A stretch of DNA of 63,331 nucleotides, counting the filler, from Globobulimina sp. (taxonomy: Eukaryota): the NCBI GenBank assembly GCA_003354225.1. It is 37 parts of 37 records of this genome, joined end to end, with 100 filler letters (N's around TTAATTAATTAA, not from the genome) between each part and the next. Parts side by side here need not be neighbours in the genome. Positions count along the whole stretch, not along the records: positions 12,008 to 13,622 come from PIVH01014083.1; positions 13,723 to 15,337 come from PIVH01014084.1; positions 15,438 to 17,052 come from PIVH01014085.1; positions 17,153 to 18,767 come from PIVH01014086.1; positions 18,868 to 20,482 come from PIVH01014087.1; positions 20,583 to 22,197 come from PIVH01014088.1; positions 22,298 to 23,912 come from PIVH01014089.1; 30 more parts are not named here. One strand, written 5' to 3'. The notes under the pieces are model-generated. The model was not told where the DNA came from. It saw nothing but the letters and a program-made list of their open reading frames with translations, and searched no databases. Below are positions 12,008-23,116 of the stretch, piece by piece (positions within the stretch are counted from its first letter, which is position 1; every line of letters starts with the position of its first letter). A program made the translations under genes and the position numbers.

Positions 12008-13422
12008 CACGACATTGTGGACTGTGCAGGACCTAACGGAGAATACAGAATTTGAGAAATACTGAACTTGCATTTATAGCATTGACATACGTTTGTTCTA
12101 TGCCATGGACGCCAGGTACTTCAGGATTATCCTTTGAGAAATTCAAATTAAATGAATGCAATGCGTTGGCGCCCTCGGAGGGAACATTCAAACCAAACCC
12201 CCAAACGGGATACATTTGGTCCGTGTCATAGATGGATACGATATTACCAATCACGCGGATTGCATGCTGATAGGCGGAGATTATCGGCTGTCCACTTTTG
12301 GGATCTTGTATACAGTGCAAACTCTCTGTATTGGAAGGATGTTGGTTTGATGCGGTGAAATCTATGGCGATCATTAAACTCATATCGACGCCGCCTTGTA
12401 AGTAATCGACAAAGGTCGAGGCTGATTTATAGGTCAACACATCGAAGGTACCGAACTGGTTTTTTTTGTTTTTCTTATTTTTAACGCGGTCATTGCTGAT
12501 TTGGATACCTTTTGGCCGCGCTTTTAATGCGTCCATTGTTGTTACAATTTGACCCAAAAAATCATCACCGGATTTATCATTTTTATCCCAGTCATAAATC
12601 CTTAACAACAGAAACATATAATATTAGTTTTTAACGCTTTGCATTATAATTTATAAACGTAACTCAATGGTAATCTGAGAATGCGGATCATTGTCACCCA
12701 ATCTTTGGGTATCGATATGAAAAGGCGCCCATTTGGGATAAATGGTTTTTTTCAAATGATTGCGGCGATCGCCATAAACGACAGTTTTATTGCGCATAAT
12801 CAAGAAATATGGATCAGATAACGAGGCTTTGTCTGCTTGGATCAATTTGTTCGCAGCAAAGCACACTGTCAAATTTCTGGTGGCATCCATGTTTTTTAGC
12901 TTTCCTGCAAATACTAAGACGTGTGCAAATCGTTTGTTTTTTCTGTTTTTGATTGGATATCCTTTGACCATTAATGTTTTTTGCATGATAGAACCTATAT
13001 ATTTAGGCGTGTAATGTCATTGTGTATACATGTTAATATATGTAATAAACGTATCACATACCTGGTTCATGGAATATTTCACCTAAAATGCATGAAGCAG
13101 TACCAACCAATTTGTGGTTTTCTAATTTGCCAGATTTTTTACCCCAATTTGTTTCAGAATAGATATCAAATTTTAATGTTTGTTCTTCTTCAAAAAAATA
13201 GTCCATTCTAAAACGTTTTGTCCATCGCGCGGGATTTTGATTCCCTCCAATTACTTCTGTCTGATCAACAACTTCGAAATCTTTGCCACGTGAATGTTTC
13301 ATTGAAACTACGCAAAACGTGTTAGTGTATGTAAGGTCGCCGGATGCTATAAATAATTCCACACGTTCTGCTAATACCATTGGTGGCATTTGTTGAGCTT
13401 TTTGCTCTAATTGTTGTGCCAT
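12008..13422 (-). CDS. Copine (C2A-C2B-vWA), ~3 introns, 3' truncated
   Basis: MDYFFEEEQTLKFDIY, SDPYF, TFVDYLQGG, AIDFTASN, YDTDQMYPVWGFG. Confidence 0.93.
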
Positions 13423-13722
13423 TGTGCGGACTTACTAAGTACAAGGAAAGAGTTTTCCTGATTCCCATTAGACTATGTGACATATTCAAGGGTAAAGCAA
13501 TTCAAGGGCGTATTTATAATTATAATTATAAAAATATAAGGTTATTAGATTTAAATTTTATGATTCTGTATCAGTCATTGAATCAACATTAACCGCTTCA
13601 AATGCATATCTTTTTTTATTTTNNNNNNNNNNNNNNNNNNNNNNNNNNNNNNNNNNNNNNNNNNNNTTAATTAATTAANNNNNNNNNNNNNNNNNNNNNN
13701 NNNNNNNNNNNNNNNNNNNNNN

Positions 13723-15240
13723 GAAGCAGCAAATAAATATTTATGTTCAATATGCCATCACGTTGTATCCTATTGTCGTGAAACAACATGTGGCCATATA
13801 TTTTGTGGTGGCTGTATAAATCGAATATTATTTGATAACAGAGAAGGTTTTAAGTGCCCATGTTGTAATCAAATAAATTCGCAACGTCCTCATCAAAGTA
13901 TATATTTAAACCGAGCAGTAAAGAACTTGCGAGTGAAATGTCCATTTCATATTAACGGGTGTGTGTGGATTGGCGCATTATCAGATTTGATGGTGTCTAA
14001 TTCCTCGCATTTGTCTCATTTAATGAAATGTGAATTTGCTCCAATAACTTGTGATGAGTGTAATAACCGAATATGTAGAGCGGAATTTGATATTCATCGA
14101 AAACAGTGTCTAAAATTATGTGTCAATTGCAACCTTACATTTAACTCAACAAATGATCGAAAATTGCATTATCAAAAATGTCCTATTTCAGTCCAATGCA
14201 AACAGGGTAAGCAAAAAATCAAAAAAACGGAATTAAATAATCATATTTCATTTTTGTGTTGTTTTCGTTTAATTAAATGTCCATTTTATCATTTTGGATG
14301 TCATGAAGTTATAAAATCATTGAATCTAACAAACCATTTAAAATATAATGCAGCGCAACATTATCAATTAAAAGTAGATCATTGTATTAATAAAATCGAA
14401 AAAATGAAAATTAAAATTGACTCTCTATTAAAAATAAATAATGATACAAATATTAAACAAAATGTATTGCAAAAACAAAACGAATCTCTTTCCAAACAAT
14501 TAGTTGAAATAAAAAATAAAATGAAATTGCAACAAATGTATAATCATAAACCTTGCCCACCGATAAAGAATACGAATGCAGAACCTTCCTCCACTCCATC
14601 TCCATCATTACCATTACCATTGCCATCACCATCAACATCACCATCGCCGCCACCATCTTCCTCTTCGTGTATACCTCGCAACGGCAACGGCAACGGCAAC
14701 GGCAACACCACGGCGTGTCCAGATATTTTGTTTTTATTTGGCACAAACAAATGGGAGGAGACGGGCGTATTCATTCGTCGTTCAGTGTTGCACGAAGATC
14801 GCGTTTGTTATACATCATTGAGAACAAAATGTGCCATTCGATGGAATGAAGGCTTAAATGCATGGATGATTGACAGAAGAGGCTTGGCCTCAGATAACGA
14901 AGCATCGCTGATTGCATATCAAGATGTTTTACATCCAGGTCTTGTCACAAATAATTGGTTGGTTTATAACGACGATTGCGAAGAATGGCAACAATCCACA
15001 AATTATCGTATACAATCATATAATTTGGCTGAGTTTATATTTAAAGCGGATAAAATATTTGCTTCATGCTCAAATCATAAATTATTAAATATTAATTCAA
15101 AATTAACTACAAATGACAATAATAATAATAATAAAGAGAATATCAACGACAACAAGGACCGCAAAGATAATAATAAATCACCATCACACAAAGGCTATCC
15201 GCCGCCTGGTTTATTAGTTAAAACTGGAAATAGATATTAA
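13723..15240 (+). CDS. RING plus TRAF-type zinc finger protein with coiled coil and a non-MATH C-terminal domain; 5' truncated
   Basis: Frame open upstream of the track ORF: CSICHHV...TCGHIFCGGC...CPCC RING; VKCPF...GCVW and CPFYHFGC TRAF fingers. Confidence 0.85.
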   Translation, partial: EAANKYLCSICHHVVSYCRETTCGHIFCGGCINRILFDNREGFKCPCCNQINSQRPHQSIYLNRAVKNLRVKCPFHINGCVWIGALSDLMVSNSSHLSHLMKCEFAPITCDECNNRICRAEFDIHRKQCLKLCVNCNLTFNSTNDRKLHYQKCPISVQCKQGKQKIKKTELNNHISFLCCFRLIKCPFYHFGCHEVIKSLNLTNHLKYNAAQHYQLKVDHCINKIEKMKIKIDSLLKINNDTNIKQNVLQKQNESLSKQLVEIKNKMKLQQMYNHKPCPPIKNTNAEPSSTPSPSLPLPLPSPSTSPSPPPSSSSCIPRNGNGNGNGNTTACPDILFLFGTNKWEETGVFIRRSVLHEDRVCYTSLRTKCAIRWNEGLNAWMIDRRGLASDNEASLIAYQDVLHPGLVTNNWLVYNDDCEEWQQSTNYRIQSYNLAEFIFKADKIFASCSNHKLLNINSKLTTNDNNNNNKENINDNKDRKDNNKSPSHKGYPPPGLLVKTGNRY

Positions 15241-15573
15241 TTGTCTTTCTAGCTTTCATTGATTGTTATCATTGTGTGTTGTTACTTGTATCTTACTCGT
15301 TGTTTATGGGGATCAGTCTTTTTTTTTTGTCAAAGACNNNNNNNNNNNNNNNNNNNNNNNNNNNNNNNNNNNNNNNNNNNNTTAATTAATTAANNNNNNN
15401 NNNNNNNNNNNNNNNNNNNNNNNNNNNNNNNNNNNNNCATTAAAACTAAAGAATAATATTATTATTTCAGGAAGATATTTTGTAAATAGTTATAAATTCA
15501 GAATCGAACTGGATAACATATCATATATTCCTATAATGTATAATTCAGAGAATAATAACTCATACAACATCAA

Positions 15574-17052
15574 TTAAAATGTGCCCCTTGATTCGAATGT
15601 GTCCTTACCTTTATTCAGTTTATTGTCAGGCGGAGTGACAACAATAATATGCTGCTTCTGTTCCTGTTGTGACCCATCATCATCATCCTTATTCTCTACA
15701 TCATTATCATTATAATTGGCCATATAAATAAAACAATCATTTTCCATATTTATATTTTTCCGTTTCTTCAATAACGCCGCCGACTCCGTGGTCAATGTAA
15801 AGGTATGTAAGTGAAACGGAACCCGCACCGTTCGATTTTTATAATTATTACCATTTGTCATCAAAATATCACCTGAAGACGTAGTCGCAATTGCATTTTT
15901 TTTATATCTATATTGATTTATTTGATTATAACTCTCTGATTTTTGATGTTTTGGACTCAGACTCATTTGATTGGGAGTTCGACTGCGAATTTGCTTTTTT
16001 TGATTTTTCTTTCTTTTCGCTCTGTGACTGGGACTGCGCTGTTTATATTTATAGGGAATATCCGCAATGCCCAACTGTTGCTTTGTGTAAACAAATATTT
16101 TCCTCAAATCGCAATGTTTCCATTTCTTACATAGCTCTGCGGGAACATCAGCCATCACAAATTTCACCAAATATTCGAAAAACTCACAATGAGACACCAC
16201 TACGACACGCTTCTTAAACAACGCGGTGTATTTATTTTGCTGCTCAATGTCCTCCTTTTTCTTGCTCACTGAGTCAGGATTCCAGCCAACATTTTGCAAA
16301 CGGCAACATTTTATGGTGCCATATTCTGTTTTTATTAATTCGTTTTGTGGCACTAGAAATTTCGTCAAAAATTCGTGGATTCTTTGTCTCCATAAAGCTT
16401 CACTTTCAAATTGCTGCTCATTCCACAGAGTATCCTCATTGTTATCGATGTATCTGACATGAAATTATAATATAATTACAATTAATTGTTATATAAGTAC
16501 TTAACTCAAAGGATACATTTTTGAATGCCGGTTTTAGTGAATTGAGGTTTGAGCGTTTATTTTGTTTGTTTCTTCGAATCCGTGGTCTTAATTGATCCAA
16601 CGCAACGATTTTGACATTGTCATCGTACCAATCAGGACATACTAACTGCACCGTAGACAATGCTCTGTACATTGTTGAGCAGTAAATTAAGTGCGGTCTG
16701 CTTTGCTTTGCTTTGCGCAATGCGGATGATACAATTTTGCATTGTGAGACTCCTGCGGGAGATAACCGGGGGTCAGCCTCGTTAATATCGAATTGTTGCG
16801 CAGATGCTATACATAATAATATTTTATACGGCTCATATTGGCATGACTCAATCGGGCGACTTCGAAATACAAACTGGTACTCATGGTTTATGAAAGAGGT
16901 TACAAATGGTTCTGAGGTTAGTAATGATTTGGATGCGGCATTCAGCGAAGGTACTGCAGCAATCTGTTTTTGATAATCATTTGATTGTCGTCGGTAGGCT
17001 AGTTGAGGCGATTTTGAATACTTTTTTTCTCTTTTTTTATTTTCTGTGTTTG
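15574..17052 (-). CDS. Histidine phosphatase/phosphoglycerate-mutase-fold protein lacking the RHG motif; intron 16454-16505; 5' truncated
   Basis: DPRLSPAGVSQC, IYCSTMYRALST, EDTLW...FESE, VVVVSHCEFF. Confidence 0.7.
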
Positions 17053-17300
17053 NNNNNNNNNNNNNNNNNNNNNNNNNNNNNNNNNNNNNNNNNNNNTTAA
17101 TTAATTAANNNNNNNNNNNNNNNNNNNNNNNNNNNNNNNNNNNNNNNNNNNNGGTGCATCTGGAAGTTTTGTCCATGTTGGTGCAGCTGCCATGATGCGA
17201 GTCTAATTCAGTTTGTATAAATTGTAGAATCAAATTTGCTGCTCGTTTACGGCTTAACGCAGTGGTTTGCAAGATGAGGAACATTCGATAGAATATCGTA

Positions 17301-18767
17301 TTACCAATCAATTTGTCGAATATATTTTATTAATTGCAACCTATGTCCAATTTTCTCAATTCCAATCTCTTGCAAATGTTTCATTTCGATTAGTTTCACG
17401 CCATCAAAACTATCAAATCCATTCTTCATAAAAACATCCGAATACTGTCCCAAACTAGCCACATTTTTTAACCAAATCACCACTTCATTGACTTGGTTAC
17501 CACGCACATTTACATTATTATATCTTCTCTTATTATCATTATCATTCTCCTCTGATAATTGTTGCTGCTCCAATTCACAAATCCTATTATTTTGCATTCT
17601 AACTTGTTGCTGCAAGCTATTAACCATTCCCTCCATTATCAACAATTTCTTATCTCTTTTATTGTCATCATTTTCTGCTGCAATCATAGCATTCCATCCT
17701 CTCTCCATCTCACTCGGTTTATTAATATAATTACCTTTCATATTCATCTTACATTTTATCTCAATATCTGCGCGAAATTCTATCTCCTCAAAATCTTGTA
17801 TCTCAACAAAATAAACCAAAACATCCTTCCATTTAACAACTGAATTTTCATAATGCATTCGTACCGTATTTGTATCACAAACAATCAGCTCACTGTTACC
17901 ATAGCAAGATAACGTATATTCTGTCTCCAACTGTTCAATACCATATGGCAAGGAACATAGCTGTAAAATCAACACAGTTTCTCCAACAACTCCTCCTTTC
18001 ATCCCCTTCGGACAACATCGCAATATCCACATGTCATCGATAATAGTTTCTTGCTCCAAGATTTGACCATATTGGCAATTTCGGAATTGTTTCATTAACT
18101 TTTTATTAATTCTCCAACGTATATCAAAATGCCATTTGTCAGATATATATTTATATGGCGATTTATAGCGATAATATATGTCATCTGTCACATAAGCGTT
18201 GTTAGTATTTTTTGTGATGGATAATATGCGAATTTTGACCACAAATGTTAGTGCTGCGACATTTTCCACATTTTCAAAGAATAATGAACCGGAGGCCCAA
18301 CCTTTACTTTGTTCCGACAAATATTTGGTGACAAATGTATATTTGGAGCATGTTTGTTTGCATTCGATGGTCCGTAGTATTAATATATGTTTCCAGTATG
18401 AGGGCAATGTCATGCATTTTAAGAATACACCAAATAAACCGACGCGTGTCTCATGATTGCCATTTGGGAATAATTCAATTTTCCAAAATAATTTACCAAT
18501 TTCAAATTGATTTGAAGAGAATTGCGCTCTGTTTTCAGCGCTAAGTATTGCTGTTAATAGCTTTGTATCAGTTATATGCCATTCATACATTCCGTAATTT
18601 ATGCTGCAAAAATTGCCAATATATGATAATAACAAAATTATTATCTCATTTGGTATGAATGTATAGAGGTTGTTCCATTGGTTTTTACAAAGTATATTGG
18701 AATGAATATCCCTTATAAATGAGGACAAAACGTATTTTGTCCGTTCATCGACTTGTTTCGCTTCCTC
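17301..18767 (-). CDS. Protein with two MATH-like domains, coiled coil and C-terminal SAM domain
   Basis: YEWHI...WKIELFPNG...GVFLK and WILRCCPKG; SAM: VVIWLKNVASLGQYSDVFMKNGFD...LQEIGIEKIGHRLQL. Confidence 0.8.
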   Translation of the reverse strand, partial: EEAKQVDERTKYVLSSFIRDIHSNILCKNQWNNLYTFIPNEIIILLLSYIGNFCSINYGMYEWHITDTKLLTAILSAENRAQFSSNQFEIGKLFWKIELFPNGNHETRVGLFGVFLKCMTLPSYWKHILILRTIECKQTCSKYTFVTKYLSEQSKGWASGSLFFENVENVAALTFVVKIRILSITKNTNNAYVTDDIYYRYKSPYKYISDKWHFDIRWRINKKLMKQFRNCQYGQILEQETIIDDMWILRCCPKGMKGGVVGETVLILQLCSLPYGIEQLETEYTLSCYGNSELIVCDTNTVRMHYENSVVKWKDVLVYFVEIQDFEEIEFRADIEIKCKMNMKGNYINKPSEMERGWNAMIAAENDDNKRDKKLLIMEGMVNSLQQQVRMQNNRICELEQQQLSEENDNDNKRRYNNVNVRGNQVNEVVIWLKNVASLGQYSDVFMKNGFDSFDGVKLIEMKHLQEIGIEKIGHRLQLIKYIRQIDW

Positions 18768-18867
18768 NNNNNNNNNNNNNNNNNNNNNNNNNNNNNNNNN
18801 NNNNNNNNNNNTTAATTAATTAANNNNNNNNNNNNNNNNNNNNNNNNNNNNNNNNNNNNNNNNNNNN

Positions 18868-20482
18868 TTTATTTTTGCATAGGTAAAACCAAGAATGGGT
18901 CACCTTCATCTGTGATGAGATTTTGGTGGATATGGCGTTTGGCACTGGCTGCGTAAAAATAACCCCTTCCCACGACCATAATGATTTTCTTTGTGGAAGT
19001 CGCCATAATTTACAATTTATAAACATTTTAAATGAAGATGGCACCATCAATGAAAATGGCGGAAAGTTTCATGGCAAGAAAAGGTACGATGTGAGGAAGC
19101 AATTAGTGCAGGAATTGGATGACATGAAATTATTTTATGGAGAAGAGGATAATGCCATGGTTTTAGATCAATGTTCGAGATCAAAAGATATCATCGAACC
19201 ACTTATTAAACCCCAATGGTATATGGATTGTGATAATTTAGCACAGAGAGCTTTGGATGCTGTGTTTAAGCAAAAAACACTGACAATATTACCGCAGAAA
19301 GAAGGTATAAAAAAAATATATGTTTTCACTTTGAAACAATGCGTTTTTCAGTTTAATTCCAGAAACGTTTCCGGCCAAATTTTTTTCCAGAAATGTTTCT
19401 CAGATTTTTTTTCAGAAACGTTTCCAAAATTTTTTTGTGTGTTTTGAAGGGGAACAACAATGGGAATATTTTTTGGGGAATATTCGAAAATGGTGCATTT
19501 CTCGTCAACTATGGTGGGGACATCGCATCCCAGCCTACAAAATATCATTTTTGAACGATTTAGTCCCCGATAACTGGGACATGGACGATTGGAAACTAAA
19601 TTGGATCATTGCCCGCAACGAAAAAGACGCGCGAGACATAGCAGACAAACGCTGCGCGGATCTAAATATAAACACACCTTTCAAATTGGAACAAGACGCA
19701 GATGTCTTAGACACTTGGTTTAGTTCCGGCTTATTCCCCTTTTCCACCCTGGGTTGGCCCGATATTTCCAACCAAGACTTTCAATCTTTTTTCCCCGGCG
19801 ATTTATTAGAAACTGGTGGCGATATTATATTTTTCTGGGTGGCTCGTATGGTGATGATGTCATTGGCGATCACCAACAAATTGCCATTTCATACGGTGTA
19901 CTTACACCCAATGGTCCGTGACGAAAAAGGTGGGAAAATGAGCAAATCCTCCGGCAATGTGATAGATCCATTGCATATTATCGGCGGCGTAGATTTGCAG
20001 ACATTGATTACAGAATTGCAGGGTGGCAATATTCGCGATGATTTAATTGCGAAATTTGAGAAAGAAAAAAAGCGAAAATTTACCGGTGGAATCGTGCCGT
20101 GCGGTGCTGATGCACTGCGGTTTGGATTAAGTACTTTGTTGGTACAAAGATCGATTAATTTGAATATAAACACTGTGATTGGATATCGTTTATTTTGTAA
20201 TAAAATCTGGCAAGCTACGAAATTATGTTTGCAATTTATAAAAGAAAGCACAGAGCCAAACTATATTGATTATGAATATTTGTGTACTTATTTGTCGCAA
20301 AAAGAAAATGAGTCCGCCTCCATTGCGGACGGATGGATATTATGGCGGTTGAATCGGTGTATTATGGAATGTGAGAAAAATAATTTGAAATATGAGTTTG
20401 GATGGAGTTCACAAGCAATTTATCAGTTTTTTTATAATGAATTTTGTCCCATTTATTTAGAATTAATCAAACAAATAGTATA
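18868..20482 (+). CDS. VARS: Valyl-tRNA synthetase, internal fragment; intron 19305-19449
   Basis: [51 protein letters not shown]. Confidence 0.97.
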
Positions 20483-20928
20483 NNNNNNNNNNNNNNNNNN
20501 NNNNNNNNNNNNNNNNNNNNNNNNNNTTAATTAATTAANNNNNNNNNNNNNNNNNNNNNNNNNNNNNNNNNNNNNNNNNNNNCATCCATTTGGTTGCCCA
20601 TTTTTCTTAATTCTTGCATTTACCATTATTGAAAAAGTAAATCTGAGAGGCGATTTTTAGATTGCTTTGAATCGGTTTCATATGAATTTAATACTTAAAT
20701 GTGTTAAATTCATTATCTAAAAACCGATTCAAAGTTGGCAAACTAGAGCGTAAGTGCCATGTAATCGAACCTTTTTGAGTTAAGTCACAGAAAATACTTA
20801 GTTAGCACTAGTCTAATATAGCATATGCTTATGTTTCATAGATGTTTCGTATATAAACCGCTATCGTAGTTTAAAAATCCAATCTCTGCTAGAAGTGACA
20901 GTGTGCTAGAAGTGACAGTTTGTTTTGG

Positions 20929-21173
20929 TTACGTCACATTAGTTGGAAATATGAGACGTCTCACCTTTTGTATATATGTGACGTAACGCATTTTTGAAAT
21001 ATGGGACGTCCCACTATTTAAAAAATATGAGTGACGTCAGATATTTCCAAAACAACGTGTTACGTCACGCATATTTTTTAAATGGTGTGACGTAACATAT
21101 ATTAAAATTACGTGACGTCCCATATTTCAAAAAAGTGTTACGTCACATATATACAAAAAGTGAGACGTCCCAT
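20929..21173. repeat. Foldback array of ~25-28-bp units, each with a (G/T)GACGT(C/A) core; ~60-bp inverted arms 20951-21010 and 21114-21173
   Basis: Arms are near-perfect reverse complements; ten regularly spaced ACGT cores. Confidence 0.85.
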
Positions 21174-21708
21174 GTTTAATACAGAAGGGCTTTAGCTGCA
21201 AGCGTTCCAAAAAGTGATTCTTGTCCCTTTGAAACATATATCAAGATATATATATTCAAAAATTCATTTCAAAATTATTATACTCATAAACACCCATAAA
21301 AGGCATGGAGAATCCATAATACAGCATAATACTGTCAGATCAACAAAAAAACAAAAACAATTAATTTAAATTATGATGACGGGCATGCATTAGCTCCTCA
21401 TCATCATATTCATCCAAATCCAAATCATTTTTTTCTTTTTTTTCTTTTTTTCCAATTTTTTCATCCAATTTTTTCCAATTTTTTCTTTTTTTCTTTTTTC
21501 AATTTTTCTATTCTATCTGTGGTTCCTTATAACCACCAATCCTTTCCTTATTTTTCCAATTTTTAGTTCGTGGTCGCAAAGACCACTGTATCATTCTTTC
21601 TTTTTTTCATTTTTTTCCAATCCAATAATTTCTATAATATAACGTGATGAAGATGCAGTTTGATATGCTGCATTTTCACGTTATATTATAAATAATTCAT
21701 TTCATTCC

Positions 21709-21850
21709 CGCCGCCTTAATACGTGACGGTTTTCCTTTTAAAATTCGCTGCCTTAATACCTGACGGCTTTCCCTTTAATATTCGCCGCCTTAATTGGTTA
21801 CGGCTTTGCAAATAATTTGCCGCCTTAATTCGTGACGGCATTTGCTTTTA
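21709..21850. repeat. Degenerate minisatellite, 4 units of ~36-37 bp (GCCGCCTTAATxxGTGACGGC core)
   Basis: Four copies read directly from the sequence. Confidence 0.85.
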
Positions 21851-21935
21851 ATGTTCTGAGCTTGCGTGTCATAGCAGAGGCTCTTGTTTAATCAAATAAT
21901 AATTATAATCCATCCATACATCCATCCATTCCATC

Positions 21936-22018
21936 TCATCACCGTAGGATTCGAACCTACATCCATTTGGTTTGTAAATCCATTCAAACCAATGCTCTGC
22001 CAATTGAGCTAGGTGGAT
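21936..22018 (-). tRNA. tRNA-like gene or pseudogene with a 9-nt insertion in the anticodon loop; identity ambiguous (Phe-GAA or Val-TAC)
   Basis: D arm GCTC-AATTGGCA-GAGC; anticodon stem TTGGT/ACCAA with a 16-nt loop; T arm GTAGG-TTCGAAT-CCTAC; acceptor stem imperfect. Confidence 0.6.
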
Positions 22019-22314
22019 ATTTTTCTTATTTGTTGCATTTACCATAACCATTTTCTATGTGGAGGTTTATTTTTCAAATGAATTATAAACCATATGACGA
22101 GACAGTAGAGGCAATAGAGTGAGGACTATTTATTAATCCACGCTGCTGGCAAGCAATCCTCTTAGACATAAGTAGACTTGAAATGTAACGGTCTCAANNN
22201 NNNNNNNNNNNNNNNNNNNNNNNNNNNNNNNNNNNNNNNNNTTAATTAATTAANNNNNNNNNNNNNNNNNNNNNNNNNNNNNNNNNNNNNNNNNNNNCAT
22301 AAATATGTTTGCAG

Positions 22315-22995
22315 TCAGGATGGCACAGAAATGATGCTATATTCATATAACGCGACCACAAATTGTGATAACGAGCCAATAATTACCAAACAAGCAACAT
22401 GTATGATTTCATGATAGTACCAATTGACTTGCAAGATGACAATATCGCTGTTCTTGACAACATCCAATTGATACCATCGTGAAAAACATATATAATTATG
22501 AAATGTGATAAAATGCAGTCTCTGTCTCAGTCTGGGAATGTGCCAATACTGATACATGTAATATATTGCAATATAGACAATATGCGTCTAATCCCAGTGA
22601 GTGTGCAATCGAAGGAGAAGATTTTTTTGAAGGAATGGTGGTAACCGATGATTGTTATGAATCAGCATTTAGTTTTTATAATAACACTGAAAATTCAACC
22701 CAATATTCATGCACTCAAAATTCGTGTACTTTGCATCTTTATTCTGAGCCTTTATGCGCCGGCAATACTAATCCTAAAACAACAGTATTTAATAATGATC
22801 AATGTGGAATAGTTCCGTATGTTGGCAGTGTTTTATGTCGATTTAGTTCAACAATCAACGTATACAACAACCTCAGCAACAAACACGGCAACAACTGCTA
22901 CGACATTACACAGAAACTCCGGAGCAACAAGAACAAATTCAAAATTCATTTTTGCATTTTTCATATTTATTGTAATTATTAATATTCATTCATAA
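22315..22995 (+). CDS. 3' part of a Cys-rich surface protein with Thr stalk and hydrophobic (GPI-like) C-terminus; intron ~22401-22518; apparent 1-bp frameshift near 22831
   Basis: Cys-rich exons; an alternative frame gives STYTTTSATNTATT...FIFAFFIFIVIINIHS-stop. Confidence 0.55.
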
Positions 22996-23116
22996 AAAAC
23001 CAATGTGTTTTGATAACTAACTCATGTTCGAAAAAACATTCTAGGGTTGATTTACGAGTTAGCATATTGCCTCAACTTGACTTAGAATACACTTCTTCCC
23101 TAGCAACTATATAGTA

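Noticed and set aside
10336..18767. Apparent immune/death cluster (caspase, copine, TRAF, MATH-SAM)
   Set aside because: The genes are on separate contigs that are adjacent only because of length sorting
21709..21850. CRISPR-like array
   Set aside because: Units are degenerate, the intervening parts are short and similar to each other, there are no cas genes, and the context is eukaryotic
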